From contig CM119372.1 of NCBI GenBank assembly GCA_051294905.1, forward strand, positions 31,064,001 to 31,128,000: DNA of 64,000 bases, read 5' to 3'. A program made the position numbers and the translations under genes. Origin of the DNA: Botryllus schlosseri. Its lineage: Eukaryota. Each line of letters opens with the position of its first letter. Positions within the stretch are counted from its first letter, which is position 1. Below are positions 31,563 to 47,163 of this stretch, piece by piece. The notes beneath the pieces are model-generated. The model saw nothing but the letters and a program-made list of their open reading frames with translations. It was not told the origin of the DNA and searched no databases.

Positions 31563-34500
31563 GTTTAGGATGTATAGATTTGTATACACAAGCACATCCA
31601 TCGCGTTAACACTTCAAATAACTTTTCGTTTAAAGTGAATGTTGCACAATCGTGTCAAACCTTTTAGGGTGATCACTTCCGTGTACCATTCAACCTGTTA
31701 CTAAACTTGCATTTTATATCTGGTTAATCTGATTTTGCTGACTGTCGCCTTCAACAGCGACGGTCAGGTTTCCAAGTCAATTATAGTCATTGTAGCAACA
31801 GAGTGTACGGAAATCATTTCTAACGTGAGTGTTACATGCTTGAGCATGAATTTAAAAAGCTGAAGTTACATTTCATTTCTGTGATGTTCCAAATCCTTAC
31901 TTTGGTGAATATAGTTGTAGCTTAGTTACAATCTTAAAGTCGATATCGGCTAGACTCCAATCAGCAACCCATCCGTACCGGAGTGAAGCAGCGAAACGTT
32001 GTTCTACGTTAATTGCGACCGCAATCTACCACAGATAAAACAATTCATGTCATCCACAACCAAAAGACCTCGATGATTATCTCGCTCAACAATGCATAAT
32101 GGATAGTAATCGATACACTCACAACGCTGCTATTAACATATTAGTACGATTACACAATACACATGCACGACAACATGACAACGTAGGGAATTAGCCTACA
32201 TTCATGGTCGTTCGTCGGAAAGCTGACGCATGTAATAGGTTTACCTCATTCCAAACGAATGCCGCGTTATATATATAGATTGCTAACATAGAAATGAATT
32301 TGACGAATTTAGATTGTTGTATTGGGAGGTTTTATATTATATCTTGTCGTTGGTATGATATCATCATGCGATATTTTGATAGGCCTCTAGCGTTGTTTAA
32401 AGATATACAAACATTAAAAAAAACGATTTATATCAAACGTAGCATATAGAACATGGGGTTCATAAACGTTTTTTGACTGCTGATTCTTCTGCTATACACA
32501 TGGATGTGCGGCGCACCCCGGCAAAATGGGGTTACAAAGTCAATGTCCGGTTGTCTTTAAAGTCTCATTTTACGGTTGGGAGCCTAACGAAACCCTGATA
32601 GCCATAATGCCAGTAAGCTGTAACTATTTCTCGCGTGGTACATATATATGAGTCGAAATCCTTGTGGTAGAAAATGTCCACGGTGCCAGGAACATATAGT
32701 TACCCATGTAGCCACACCCGCGTATACCTGGGGGTGCGCGTACCCCAGTTTGAGAGCCCCTGCTATAAGATATCGACCCTACTCATATAGTCTTAGGAAA
32801 TGGATGCAACATATGTATGGGTATATAGACATATGCATGGATATAAAATATATCATACTATAATATCGACGGCAGGGGTTGCTAAAGTATAGGTCGCGAC
32901 TAGGGTGGTGAGAACCCCTGATTGGTTCTGGTTCTCTTTGAAAAGTTCTGTGTGAACGCAAACGTGAACCTATGACGTCACGTGACGCCATATTGCTAAT
33001 TCAAACCCTAAGTTTCCGTATAGTAATATATTAATATACATGATAATTATAGCGGCGGCTCACGCCTTATTATACAACAATGCTGAAGAACATGCTTACT
33101 TTTTAAACTTCATCTAATGTATGAACTGGAACAATCAAATGCTATGACAGTTCCACAAAATTAGTTTTCCGTCGCTTTGCCAACATTGTCGACGAAGACT
33201 GGGCAAGACTGAACATTTGCGAGTGAAACACCGGTCTCTATACTTGTTCCAGGTAATATCTCAAAAAAAGTTATCCATTAGCCAAGACCCCAATCCGACG
33301 GATTTGGTTTTTATGATACAATAAGGATATCAGATCAAGATAGATCCCGTACGCCTGATAATTTTTTTTCATTCGACTTGGACGCATTCTGCATATCAAT
33401 TATGTTGATGTAAATAATTGACTGGTTGACCATAAGCACAAATCACTGACTTCCTACATGCAGTTTGTTTCGTTCTTGCTATTGTGTGATTGCGGGAAAA
33501 GCTCACAGCAGAGAGTCACTAAAGAATCACCAACGTAAAGCTGATTATTCCAAGCAAACTGTCAAGCAAATAATTTTTGATATAGACAAGGTGGATGCTC
33601 GTTTAGTGGTGAATTTCTGTACATGCTGTCAGCTTCATGCGCAGAGTGGTCCGAAGTTAAAATGCAATGAATTTCAACCAAATACGGTAATAATGACGTG
33701 AAAGATTTTAATAGATGAAAAAAGGTTCACAGTGCAGAATCCACCAAGGGTCGTTGACGAACGCGAACGTCAACTTCACGTTCACACCATCCTTAGTCGT
33801 GACCTAAACATGGGCTCGTGAAGGTAATAACATTGGGTCGCGACGACACCTAAGCATTCTTTTAATTTCTGGCGACGAAGCATTTTCTTCGCGCTTTGCG
33901 CTATTACCTGCGCAATATTTGTGAGCGATCGAGGACTCTGTGTGGGGTCGACCTTGGTATTACCAAAATTGGTTTGAATTCATCATAAGTTTGTCAGACA
34001 TTGATTTATCTGGAAAACACCGTCGGATACCGTTCGTATGCTATACTGTAGGGGTCTGTAACAAGCGGGTACGGGACTATGTGATATAGGTATTTCGAGG
34101 CCAACCAATTTCGCACCGGAAAACACGGAGACATGAAGTTTAGTCCATCACATAGCTTGTAAAGTGCGGTGCCACCTAGATCAGCGGTGATGAAACCTTG
34201 GCAAAAATGACCGTCATTGATTAGTCAAAACGATGGATATTAATATGTACGGCCGTCGAATTGGCACAGTTCGTTCTTAAATTCTGAGTATACAGTAGTA
34301 AAAATGCAGTACAAATGCAACCCGCAGAGGAAAATAATGCACCCAAATTTCGAATAGCATGCGACAGAAATGTTTCAGAGCTGCGTTGCGTACAACGGTC
34401 GTCTGCGCGTTATATACGCCATACATGCCCGCACCAACGTGTAGCATACTAATAATAAAAATGCATTCTTTGTGATGTGTGAGGCATGGGTCGCAAGATG

Positions 34501-37500
34501 CCACTAAACTCACATTTTGGTCGCGCCCAATAAAGTTTAAGGACCATTGCTTTAAGAAACGGGTACAAAATTAATATTGAAAATCGACGAAGAAAGAATA
34601 CAATATATCTTCATCATAATATTATTATAATGACCATGATCTTATTTCCTATAAGCTTCAATAAATCTCAGACGAGCTATTCAAAATTTTATTTTGTGAA
34701 TAACGCAGTGGTACGTAACCGGTGTTCCACGGAACACTAGGGGTTCCGCGGATATCAAAAGACACACTCAGTTAACACACATGATTTGTCCGTCTTGGCC
34801 ATAATGGTTTGCAGGCCCGATCAGTAGTCGCATTGTGTCGGTTATCATGGTACGTCACGTACAGTGTCGTCCACAGGGAGGTTAGGGTTCAAATTCGACA
34901 CCCCGTTCTTCTAAAATGATAATTCTATCCCAACATTTATATGCTCATTTGGAATTAAGCAATTGGTATCACGCTGTTGCGTTTTGACTGAGCAATACGA
35001 TGGCACTTTCAAAGGTGAAGCCTCGCATTTCTGAACTAGTATCTGAAAACGAACCGTAGTAGTCACACTGAAATAAATATTCATTATAAAGTTTTCGTTT
35101 TGTGTGAAATTATATTTTAATTGTTTTGCATTTTCAACACTCTGTTGATTCACATGTCACTCAGTGCACCAGTAATCTATAGGAATGTATTAGATGTGTA
35201 GTTAGTGGTGGACTTCAGTTTTGTGACCCAGCGAAAATTGGGAGTTCCGCGAAGGCTTGAAGATTAGCGCAAGGGTTCTGCGAGTCAGTAAAGGTTAAAA
35301 ACCACTGGTATAGCGATATAGGCCTACCCATCGAAGCGGATAAAGGAAATTTGAATAAGCTTGAAACACAAGCTAGTTCCGTTCAATCTATGCGAAAGAG
35401 TGTGGATATGGGTTTTATTGTTCCGAGCTGCAAAATAACTGGCTAGCATGACGCTTCACTTGATTGCAGCAACTCCTTATGTGTCAAGTAGAACTTGAGC
35501 GTCAGTGTTTTCCGAATACATAATGGTAACCCTTCGGAAGCGATTCTCCCAATCGCTTCATCAGGCCTTTGTGGATGTTTGAAGGCCGTTCCATACAGGC
35601 GCACCTCACCGCGTGAGGGATCTACGTGTTCTAGTCAGTAGCAGCCAGTAGCAGTGAACAGATCAAGTGGAAGAATAATTGTAGATTCGAATTTTCCAAT
35701 TTCAAGTCAGACACCATGGTGATGCGTATCAGTATGACTATGTTTATCATACTGATGCTGATGTTGATGGTGGTGATGATGATGACCTGATCTCTTATTC
35801 ATCAATCCGCTGTCAAGATACCACCAGATATCAAAATCCCTTTTATAGTCTGCAAATAGAATGTCATCAGTATCAACCACGGTTCCGCATACATGCCTTC
35901 ACATCATACAGCATTGAGCTGCAATTAAATCAGGTATAAGCAGAGGTAGTCGCCAGTCAGTAACGGAGAACCATGCACATTTTCGGAGTACTCAAGTAGG
36001 TTTTGCCTACCTGCACTACTTACTCCAGTACATATGCTTCCGGACCAGGCGTCGCCAAGCCCTGGTAAGGCGTGTTACAAGTGATGATATGATTGTTCAT
36101 GACACGCCATATGATTTCACACTTACGTTGTATCAAAACCACGTTTGTTGCTATCAGTGAAATAGAAGTTTTCAAATGGAAAATCATGACGCCACCGGGA
36201 GGCGAACCAATCACCTATGATTTTGTTGGCAAGCCGATATGCGACACTACGGCCGTAATGCGGTTTATGATTACTTCTAAACCAATATGTTAAACTTTTC
36301 TCGAATATACTTTCCCTAGTTTTCTTTTTAAAGTTCGTCCAAATGTAGTCAAAACCTATGTGATAAGGTGTAACGTACCCAGCGGTTCCAAAACTTTTTA
36401 TAGCATTATAGTATTTTATAGTATCATTCATATGTCTTGACCAGGGACTCACGCAACAATTATACGCTTCGCAGTTACGTGAAACATGAATCATAACAAA
36501 ACATCAATGATTCAATCATCCTCTGAAGTCTTTAGGATGCTTCAATCTAGGGGTGTGTAACATGTGCGAGCGGGACTGTTAGGAAAAGGCATTTTTGCAA
36601 TAAATCAAGCAAATATGTCGTGCATTAGACGATAGCTCTGACGCGGTGCTGATCAAAATTTAAACCATTTGCGACCCATACTTTAAGCACCACTGGCGTT
36701 ACAGATTATGTCGTCAGTTTCAGAGAAGCGGTAGTTAGCGATTTCAAAAGAACATTGTTATTTAAGTTTTTCGTTGATAATTATCGGATTATCCATGTAC
36801 CAATCAAGATTAATCCGAGAATTATCAACGAAAAACTCAAATACCTCCGCGTCTACTAGTTGGAATTGAGTCAAATTTTTTTTTGCATAGTCTTTGAAGA
36901 CAGCTCAACAATTTCACGGGGTTGACAGAAAAATTTTAAATTTTTTTTTTAATTTTCTAATAAGTTGAAAATTTTAATTGGATCTGGGGAGTCCTATACG
37001 TGTTAAAATTGAACCAAATTTGGTGTACAGCGTTTTTTTAGGGTAACCTGACAATTTAATCAGTATATGGCTGGAATCCGGAAAAAAGTTATTTTTGAAC
37101 AGCTCCAATGTACATGCAATGGCATGGAGTAAATTGCGTTCTCGTGCGGATATGACGTCATCGACAGACGACAGGAAATAATTATTACGTCACAGGACTT
37201 TTCATACCCCAACAAAATGATGGTTTCTTGCGACGGCTACAACCGAACCATAGTTGCCGGAGCCAGAGCTGGGGCTGAAGCAGTGATATCAATGAGCTCC
37301 GGAGCTTGGAGCCGGAGCTAATTCATCATAGAAGAAAGCTCCGAAGCCGGAGCTGGAGCAGTTTAAAATTTACGACTGCTCCAAAGCCCTGGGAGCTGAT
37401 TACATTGTAGAGTAGAACAATTTTGAGATTAACTCAAAGTTCTATATCTCCGATCATTTGTTCTGGATACACAATTGAATCAAACAGAAATACTGTCACT

Positions 37501-38768
37501 AGAGTCGGGTTGACTTTTTAGTCGTTGCCCTTATACCCGCTAATATTTGAAAGAACGTTTTTTCAGTGCCGTGACAAAGTTTCTAAGTCACAGCAGAAAC
37601 CGACTTGACAGTACGGGACGAGGACACTTTAGAGATAAGAGATTTCATGAGATTGTTCTTATCAAAACACAAACCCAATTTGATGATGAGGATGATGATA
37701 TTAATAACAATACACCAGCCTCATTCGTGTCATTATTAGCTGTAATAAATGCAGAAAAACTTTCGGTTTATGATTTGGGCCGGGTGAGGGGGGTCGGGGG
37801 GCGCTGGCACTATTTTCGTTGTCCAGGGGGAGGTAGCTCCAAAAAGTATAGGAAATACTGATTTAGATAAAAATGTTGAACTCGATTTATACCGCGGTTT
37901 AAGTCTGAGGTAAGTTCTGGATTTGTGCGTCATAGGTGTATATTCACATCCGTATATCAAGGGTGGTACACGGAGGAAATGCACTCTTTTCACAAAGAGT
38001 GCAGGATTAAGTAGTGCAGGAAAACCCTGCCTTAGTGTACTCAGAAATAATACAGAACTTCGCTACTGTGATTACCTCTGCAGCTAGTCAGACCTTACAG
38101 ATCTCTTCTTTGACAACAAACAGGCTTGGGACACAGAGCAATGAACATTTCTTTTGAACCGTCATTCAAATTCCAGATCGAGTTCAACATTTACATCGCT
38201 GCGCACGACATTCAATGCCATATAGGCAGAGGTGGTCAAAGCAGTCATCGTCGCTACTCAAGTAGAAGTAGAAGTAACGCCGGAATTTCTACTCAAGTAG
38301 AAATAGGAGTGGTGGTTCACGCTTATTTTTGCCCACAAAACTGAAAACTGTCAAGTAGAAGTAGTCTAAAATCGTAACTACTTGAAAAGTAGTGTGACTA
38401 GGCAAAATCTACTTCAAGTATTTCAAAAAGTAGAAGTATTCGTTACTGACCACCTCTGTATATAGGACAATTAACGAAACACTCTACTCACGCTTTATTA
38501 TGTTTATCCCAGTATTGTCCAAGTCCTGGTGCCTGTATTCCGACTTCTCGTATACCAACGTAAGACTTTGCAAATCGCAATTCCCGATGAGTAAACGAAT
38601 ATCGTCGAGAGATGCGTGGTATTCCAATATGCATCGGAGAAATCCAACCTTCGGAAAGCGGCGAATTTCAAAATATGGACGGACGCCAGAAATGTTGCAT
38701 TTTGAAAGGGGACGGTATATCTCAATCTTATGCTCGTACCACTTTCATCAGATTGAATACAGAGCCAA

Positions 38769-39681
38769 CAGTGTTGGGATAGAGTCACTACCTTCGAGTC
38801 ACGAGTCATTTCGAGTCATTGCACATTTTGACTCGAGTCAAGTCAAGTCACTCTATTTTTGATGGTGACTCGAGTCAAGTCGGGTCAAGTCAAGTCAAGT
38901 CACGAGTCAAGTCACTAGCCGAGTCAAGTTGAATTTTCGAAGTACGAGACATAATTTGAAGTCATTGCATTATGTTAACTGTCTTAAATACAGATGAAGT
39001 CCCCATTTATTCCGAATCGAGGAAGGAATAACAAGTTGATTATACACGCAAAAGGCGCTAACGCATTCGTTAAATTGCTAAAGTATACGCAAGTGGCGGT
39101 AGCCCCAGTCTATATAATGATCAGCCAAAATACTGGATAAAATACGAAACCTGAGAAAGTTGAAAAAGGATATGGCGCAATACCCGAATCATCTACATAT
39201 CCATGATATACAATTATAAACCTATAAACGATATTTGTTCGATTTAAGTCATACAAGAGGGTTGGTTTAGGGGAGCACTGGGCACAGTGAGCAGTTTCTA
39301 GAAGAGAGATGTATTGCTAGTATATTACTTTACTACTTATTTACGAAAACGTAAGCTGTAAGCTCCGATCACAGCGTTTTGCGATCAAATTATTTGTGAC
39401 ATAACAATGGAGGTTCGGTAAAACGCACAATCAATGAGTTATCGGTTGCTCTCACAGGTCACACCAGCGTATCGATAACAATCAGAACTTATACAAGATA
39501 CATTGATTTAGTCGACGTCGATTACTTGATGACTTGAAATTGACTCGTGAATTTTCCTTCGAGTCACGAGTCAATCCGCATTTCTGAAACGTCGAGTCAA
39601 GTCGAGTCAAGTCATTTTTGCAAAGTGACTCGAGTCAAGTCAATTCATACGAGAAAAGTGACTCGAGTCATCCCAACACTA
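38769..39681. mobile_element. hAT-type MITE, same family as 16116-17089
   Basis: CAGTGTTGGGAT...ATCCCAACACT(A). TSD AGAGCCAA (38761-38768, 39682-39689). Same GACTCGAGTC arrays. A related element follows at about 39736-40239. Confidence 0.9.
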
Positions 39682-40981
39682 AGAGCCAAATGAGTAATTT
39701 GTGTTCATTTTATGTAGAATTCGCTTTGTGCGGGCCAGGGTTGTAATGACTCGAGTCATGACTCGACTCGAGTAATCGAGTCAATTTGTGTATTGACTCG
39801 ACTTGTACGCGAGTCATTCCGTATGACTCGACCTAGTCATATGACTCGACACATTCTAGTTCCAGTTATTCAAGTCTCCTATATCAGTACCAACAATTGA
39901 GAAATAGGTACAGAAACTGTCAGATACGTGTTTGAACAAATATGTTTAGAGTGAGAAAATGAGTATATTATGGACCTGAGGCCTTCGATATCCCCCAAGA
40001 GTTTCATAGAAGTGAGTTGGACCTGACTTAACTTGATACTGAACAGTAAACACTATGACTTGGAATCGGACTTGAGTCTTAACACTTTGACTCGGACTCC
40101 ACCCGATGCTCCCTGACTTGGAATCGGACTTGAAACGGTGGTGAACTGAAAATGACTTGACGTGACTCGAGTCAAAACTATAACACTCAAATTAACTTGT
40201 GACTCGGAACCTTGTGACTTGGTTACAATTACAACCTTGGTGGTTATGAGAGAGTATTCATTGAAAATCTTCTGCTAGTTTTGGCGATATGTATATTGTA
40301 GCAGAATTAGTTAAACATGGCTCTATACAGAGTTAACGAAGCACGTCTACTTGATCTGAATTCTCAAGTAGGTTTTAAGACTTGCGCTACTCACAGAAGT
40401 AGTTATTTTTTAGTTAGACTATACTAACTCTTTTTTACTAGACATTTTTCAGTTTTACCGGCGAAGCTAATAGGCCTAGAATTCTTACTATTTACTTGGG
40501 CGTACTTGAAAATCTGTACTTGTACTCGAGTGGAGTCTACAAAGTTGCTTCCAGTTCTACTTGTGTAAAATCGATCAATACTACTTTGAGCCCCTCGATT
40601 GCATAATTTTAGGCAAGACACACCTGTACTTTTTAACATGAAAGATATCTACATCTAGGTTTGAACAATACTCAATAATCATAGTTATTGACATGTCGCT
40701 GTTGAAGGGATGGAGAAAGAACTGTTTGACCTCTCCAAAGTAATATCTTCCGTCGAATCATCGCTAAAGAAATTTAATTCCCCACCATTTTATTCTCTCC
40801 TCCCAAATATTATGACTTACAATTCTCCCTATCAACGTAGCTGCCAAGACGAATTTTCAAAAAACCTTAGGAAAATATATTGAACATGTTCAAAATTTTC
40901 AGGTGTTCTTTTTTAATATCAGTATTGATAAAAAGAATCTTCGTGCAGGATTCTTCAAGTACTAGCAGAAGCAATTCATAC

Positions 40982-43900
40982 CTTCTTCTGCCGACTAGCA
41001 TCCAGGATGTTTTTGAAATCACCCGCATTCTTAGCCTTAAACATCCGATGTACGTTGACAGGAATTCCAAGCGCTGGGATTTCATCATCGCCATAGGTCT
41101 GACCAGCCACAGCATCATCCAGTTGCTTCAGCTAGATCGTAATTGAATGAATATTCAGCATCATACTATCATGATAAATTGCGGAAATAAAACCTGGTAT
41201 CTCTCTACAGTCATTTTAATGCATGGCCATTCGATGTTTTCTTCTTTTACACAATCGAGCAATATTCTGTTCATCTAAATCCAATGTCAGGTATAATGAT
41301 GCATGAACACACAGAAATTACTTGGATTGCAGTTTTTCATGATGCTTAAGAATCTAAGAACCACAGGTTAAAACATGTACATTGGTAGACTGCAGTTACG
41401 GCTGTCGAAAAGAAGATAGTGTACAGTATTATATTTGCTTTCAGCAAGTAAGCTATGCGTGGAGGGAGAACTAAATAGTTCGACGCTTACAACATGTTGT
41501 TGCCTCGATTTAACAAACAATTACCATGACTTCCGTTACAAGAAGTCGGCATTGACTGGGTTCTGTTTCACCAAATGTTCTTTAATGCAACACTTCCTTC
41601 AGACTAGAGAGAAAATGTAATGCATATTTTGGCGAATTGGTCTCAGAATCGAGTTCTGAGTGCTATTCGTCCTCAACCAACCATCTCGCGTACCTCTATA
41701 ACAGAGTGTACTCTGGAAAGGTATAGGATAGGTTTAGGATTAAGAACATAAGTCTATCCTAATATATTTATGGTAAATAAGTGTATAGGTATAGGTATAA
41801 AGTATATATGCTATTTCATCCATCGTGCCAACTACGATGTCGAATACATAGTATAATGAGATTACTAACCTTTCGTAATTCAATCTCACTGGTCTCCCGT
41901 AGATCAGATGGCGTAGCATAAAGTTGTTGGTCGCAACATATTTTGATCAATTTCGGCTGAAACAGTTGTCCAAAAAATACCACAACATCGAGCATGTGAA
42001 CCTTTTCAAAGACGAGATCCGCGCGCTGAATAAGCAACAGTCGATAATCTTATGTATGTAAATTCGCGAATATGATCTGGCTATAAATCAGCAAGGACGC
42101 TTCCCTAATTCGATAGCTCTAGAGCAGTGGTTCTTAACCGCGGTGTACATGTACGTCAGGGGTTGGCCGAGCCAGTCCCAGAGATTTGTTGGACATCAAG
42201 GCAGATATCCAGCTCATACAGCATACCTCACACTGATTTGCACTGAATATTCATTATGATCTTTTTGTGACTTCACAAATCCCGTTCGTCGTTAGTAAAT
42301 ATGACGAGACAGAAGACCATATGAAAATTCGTATGGGCAAAGTCACCTCGTCCTTGCCGTGTGATATAGCCGAGTGGTTCTCAAACTAGGGTCCGCGTTT
42401 CTTTTAGGGTCCGCGAGACAATATTTGGAACCGCAAAGCACGTACCAACAAAATTCATACGATCCAGAAGAAAAAAAATCGATTACAAAAAATTTCAGAC
42501 AACTTATTTTTCAAACCAAAACTCGAAATACCCAAAATTATATCTTTAATTAACATAAAGTATATTGTTTTATTGCAGAGCGATTCAATTAAAAATTTAT
42601 TCGCGGTTCGCTTAGAGCTTGGCGTTAGCTAGCTTGTTCGTGAATCGGCCTGATCAAGGATAGTGATGAAATTATACATGTGAAGGTCGGACAGGTCTGA
42701 ATGATTAGTCGCCCATACATCAGGTTTATCAACCTATGAGGACCAAGATCAGTAAATGTATGAATTTGATTCAGTTTGATGAGATTCACTATATTAGGTC
42801 TGTCTTGGCAAACACATAACCAAATATTGCCAAGCTGGTCGCATCTCGACGTCAGATAAACCCGTCACTGACACCATAAAATCTGACGTGTTGTTTTGTT
42901 CTGATTTTGTAAGGGACCGTGAGTCGGTTAAAATATTGCCAAGGAACCGTTTCGTGATTTTTTTTTCGGAAAGTTTGAGAAACACTGTGATAGCCTATAT
43001 ACGACGCATCTGAATCCGATTCTGAATAATACGTTAATCTTTGCTCACAAAATTATTTCATGGTTTAACCTAATATCCTAATTTGCAACGCTTGCCGTCA
43101 GAAATCGGGACAGGAAACGTGGCTCAGTTTTTGCCGTGTTACCTTCGCATCATTTCGGGGCTCATATATCCTGATGTCAACAAGTATCTGCTATATCACC
43201 TCTTTGTCGAAAGTTCCTCTCGAATTTCCGTAGATGTTGATGGATTTTACTTCATTCTTCAGTGTGATTCCACAATTGTGGGATTTTACACGCACTTCTA
43301 CAACCTGAAAAGTCAATGGATCATGTGCTGATAGCCGCAATAAAGCGACATTGACACGCCAGTAAACTTCGATCTTAAATACAACTTAGGTGTCGAATGT
43401 TTTGATGCTATTCAAGTATATGTTTTCTATCAAAAGCTGAAATAATCTAATCTGAACTAAAGCATGACGTACTTTCCAGTCGAAATACCCCCATTTCGAT
43501 TCATTCCGACGGTATCCAAGAAGTGGACGAAGTGCAGTTGCGGAGAGTGAGTTTTGCCGCAAATCCACATTCTCAACCTGAATGGAAATAATGGATGTGC
43601 AGGTATAGAGCAATATATAGTCGAAAATTGAAATAACTGCAACAATATCCACGTCAGGCTAGTGTGCGAACTGCCCAACGTGATTTTCATACGAATGTAG
43701 GGATATTCAGGATTTCTATAATGATCAACGGGGGCACATTGTTTTGTCCCGTTTCATATATCGAGTAACGCGGTAATTAATGACTCAAAAATAGTTTGCT
43801 ATCCAAGCTATCATATCCAACATCTAACATTACACCTGTTACACGATATGTTACTGATTTTTCTGTTCTGCGACCCGCTAACATATCACCATTCATACAA

Positions 43901-46900
43901 TAGCCAGACACACCGTAAATCCACGTTCGTATAGCCATGAGAGATGAGATGGATATTCCAGCCTAGAATCATGTCTTCTGAAATTGTGAACTCATCAGCT
44001 GACGTAATTTAACACGCCAACGAACTGCAGCGTCATTATTTGTCGCCTCAACATATGCAATGTAGGCCTATATACATAAGTTACAGATGTGCGGTATTTA
44101 ATCAGGTGGCACTATATATCCTTGATTTGGGTCTAGAAAAGGGGCCTTACCTAGTTTCCGCACACAGCATCCAACATTTTAAACATTTTATGGATTTACA
44201 CTTGACACCATTGCTAATAAATGATAGAATATATTCAATATAATATGCATAAAGATATTGCACTCATTGAGAAAAGACTCACATGAACTTGTGTGTGGCC
44301 CAGTGGTCTCAGACTTTCTGTAATAATGTTCATCATCTCGTCGTTCATATTACAATTGCAAAAGTTGAATTCGTCGAGGCCGTTGGCACCTTTGCTCGTT
44401 GCTGCTAACGTTCCAACAATATGAGCTTCGTCACGGCGCAATGGGACGTTGGAGGCATTGATGACGGAGAGACCTTTCATCAGTTCGTCGTCGCAATTTG
44501 ATTCGTAAATTGCGGTGTACAATTCCATGCGATTATATCTGTTGTTGAACCCATCCCGTGTCTTCTCAATTTGCGAGCGAATCGATGCGGCAAAAATTTC
44601 TCTTTTGCCAGACTGATCTGAGAAGACGAAGATCCTTTAATACATTAGAACTATTAGAATTGGATGTAGCAAATATGTGGTCAACATGAAGTGTCATGCT
44701 TGACTTAAACTTGATAAGACTAGCGCAGCAATGACTCTGGATCTGGTCGCGATCAATATGCAGCCTTATACGGAGAACAACGGCAATTTCGACGAATATA
44801 CATTGTGATTTCGACGTTTTTGCCAGATATGGACTTTTTAGTCGCTTGTCTTCAAACCTGACATGTTATATGCTGGGTAGTGAGCATATTTGTAACAGGA
44901 TTTCTGGCTCGTGTTCTAAATGGCGAGTGGTAAACACCGAGTGTCAAAATAGAGAGTCATTCGAAGTAACACAAGCTATAACTTGACTCCCACTTTAACC
45001 CAACATAACCTAGCTTTATGCTAACGCAATATAATCTGACCTTATCTGTAGCCGCAACCACATAAAAACGTAGCCCATCCCCTCAGCCCCACCGAACCCC
45101 TCAACCCCATTCGTATAGCCGTCACACTAGCTAACCTGACACCGAACCATAACAAATCGATCCGACCTTATCCCTAACCCTCGCCCTAACCCAAACAATC
45201 CCTAACACTAACTCGACATTGTCAATAACTCTGTATTTTGAATGACTCTGTATTATGAATAACGTATTAGTAGTATGACACACCTTGTTTTGACAGTCGC
45301 TATATCGAAGCCTGGCTATTTTGAATTCACGCTATTTTGTACTCGCAATTTGGAAGTCGCTATTTTGGCGGGTCGCGAGGATTTCTACATCTCTTATATA
45401 CAATACACACGAACACACTCTCATCAAAAATATCTGTTGCGGCCCAAATATGCCTCAACAGAGATTTGCATATAGGTATTACTCCGGTACCATATCTATC
45501 GAGTTATTGGTTCAGGTGAGATGTCATGGTAAACATGAAGGCTATACAACGTATCACTTCGGGCTTAGGCATTGACCCGACCATATGTCATGCCTCCAAC
45601 GAGACAAAATGACCATGTCGGCTACCAAATGAGGAGTGACGTATGAGGTATACCTTTTATGAATACCTGGCCATCGGGAATTGATGCCAGATAGAGAACG
45701 CCAGTAACAAATCTTCGAACTACAGACCATCGTTCCTCGTGGAGCTCTCTGTTGTTGAAGTCGGTGAATTCCGTGAACTTCATTTCCGCTATATAGCTCG
45801 CTGCCAAAAATTCTTGCATGCTTTGATGGCAGAAGAAGAACGTGAAATCGCCTTCCATCAGATGACTGCTGACAAGATTAGTATCCGGAACTTTCGTCAT
45901 CAAATCGTGGACTTCATTCGCGGAGATTTGATAATTCTTCAAATCGCTTTCGTAGAATATGACCCTCCTTTCTTTCATGCCCTGAAACGCCATACCCTTC
46001 AATTTCTTGATAATCCCAGAAATTTGCCTCCTATTTCTTATATTTTCCACACTGCGGAATGATAATACGATCCTGTTGTACAGTTCTGTAACTGTCGCTG
46101 GAAGTGGTTTTTCCGGGTCACTTCCCATCACAATCGCCGTTAGAATCAGGAACACCGGTATTGTGATAAGATTGAGTAATCTTGGTGACATGGTTCGGAT
46201 ATTATTCCACAGATGCGCACCGTTCTCGCCTACTAGAAAAGTGAACAAAGACCGCGCGTCTTTTAATTCAAGTCCAGTAAGCGTGATAATATCGCGTGGT
46301 CGTGATTTCGCGGGTAGCTCTGATATCTTAAACTCACGTGAAGTCACGACGATTCTAGTGCTGCGAAGGACATTACGAGCCAAGATGTTGTAAATGATAG
46401 TTGGGGTATCTGCTTTACTGTAAAGGTCCATTTTACGAAGTTCGCTATCGTCAAAATCCCACCCGGCTTGGTCAAGGCCGTCTAGGATTAGAAGCACTTC
46501 GGATTGATGGTTTACTAACCATTCGAAAGTGTTAGCTATGTCAGATTTCTTTCCGAAAAGTCCGCCAAATAAAAATTTGGATAATGTCATAGACCTTTTC
46601 TTTATATCCTTCAATTCAATGTAGCGCACCATTTTAAATTTAATCGACTGGGTCGGATTGACGTCGCTTTTTGCAAGCGGAATTCCCTGAGCCGCTTGAG
46701 CTAATCTGCGTGTAAGAGTGGTTTTACCCGACCCCGCGGATGCGATTATACACGTCACATCGACTGCATTAGATAACTCCGATCTTTTCCTGTTCGATAT
46801 TGAGACGATTAGGTCATTAAATTTTATCACACTCCCTCTATTCTCGTCTTGGCCGTAGAACCCCGCCTCCTCTGTCAGTTGATTTCGGATTGATTTAACC

Positions 46901-47155
46901 GTTGACCCTTCGTAGATTGCGGGATCTGACGTGCGATTTACGCCGTGACGACCTTTAAAGTAATCCGCGAAGTCTACTCTTCGCATTTTGGGATGAACTA
47001 CAAGACTGGGTTCATTGAGCTGTTCGGGCCTGTAGTCATCAAGGATGCTGACAGTCGTATTTTCCTTGGTGCGGTTGTTGACGGTCTCTACCAGTTTCTC
47101 ATAGTTGATATCTGCGACAAAATTTGACTCATTCATACGAGAAAAGGTGATATCT
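40982..47155 (-). CDS. NACHT-LRR (NLR-like) gene, possibly damaged at the 3' end. NACHT exon about 47155-45654; further candidate exons 44617-44283, 43577-43473, 43304-43143, 41956-41870, 41603-41525, 41274-41194, 41131-40982
   Basis: Walker A IIASAGSGKTTL, Walker B VLLILDGLDQ, sensor IVVTSR, IPVFL motif, winged-helix FCHQSMQEFLAASY. Phase-1 join AAAG|GT (45654) to CAG|AT (44617) is in frame with LRR-like FNFCNCNMNDE and VENVDLRQNSL. The 5' end and distal exons are less certain. Confidence 0.85.
44980..45215. repeat. Degenerate (CCTAAC/TAACCC)-like low-complexity tract in an NLR intron, flanked by short inverted repeats
   Basis: C/A-skewed TAACC, CCTAAC motifs. Flanks AATAGAGAGTCATTC (about 44948) and GAATGACTCTGTATT (about 45240). 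Confidence 0.55.
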
Positions 47156-47163
47156 CTGTAGTA

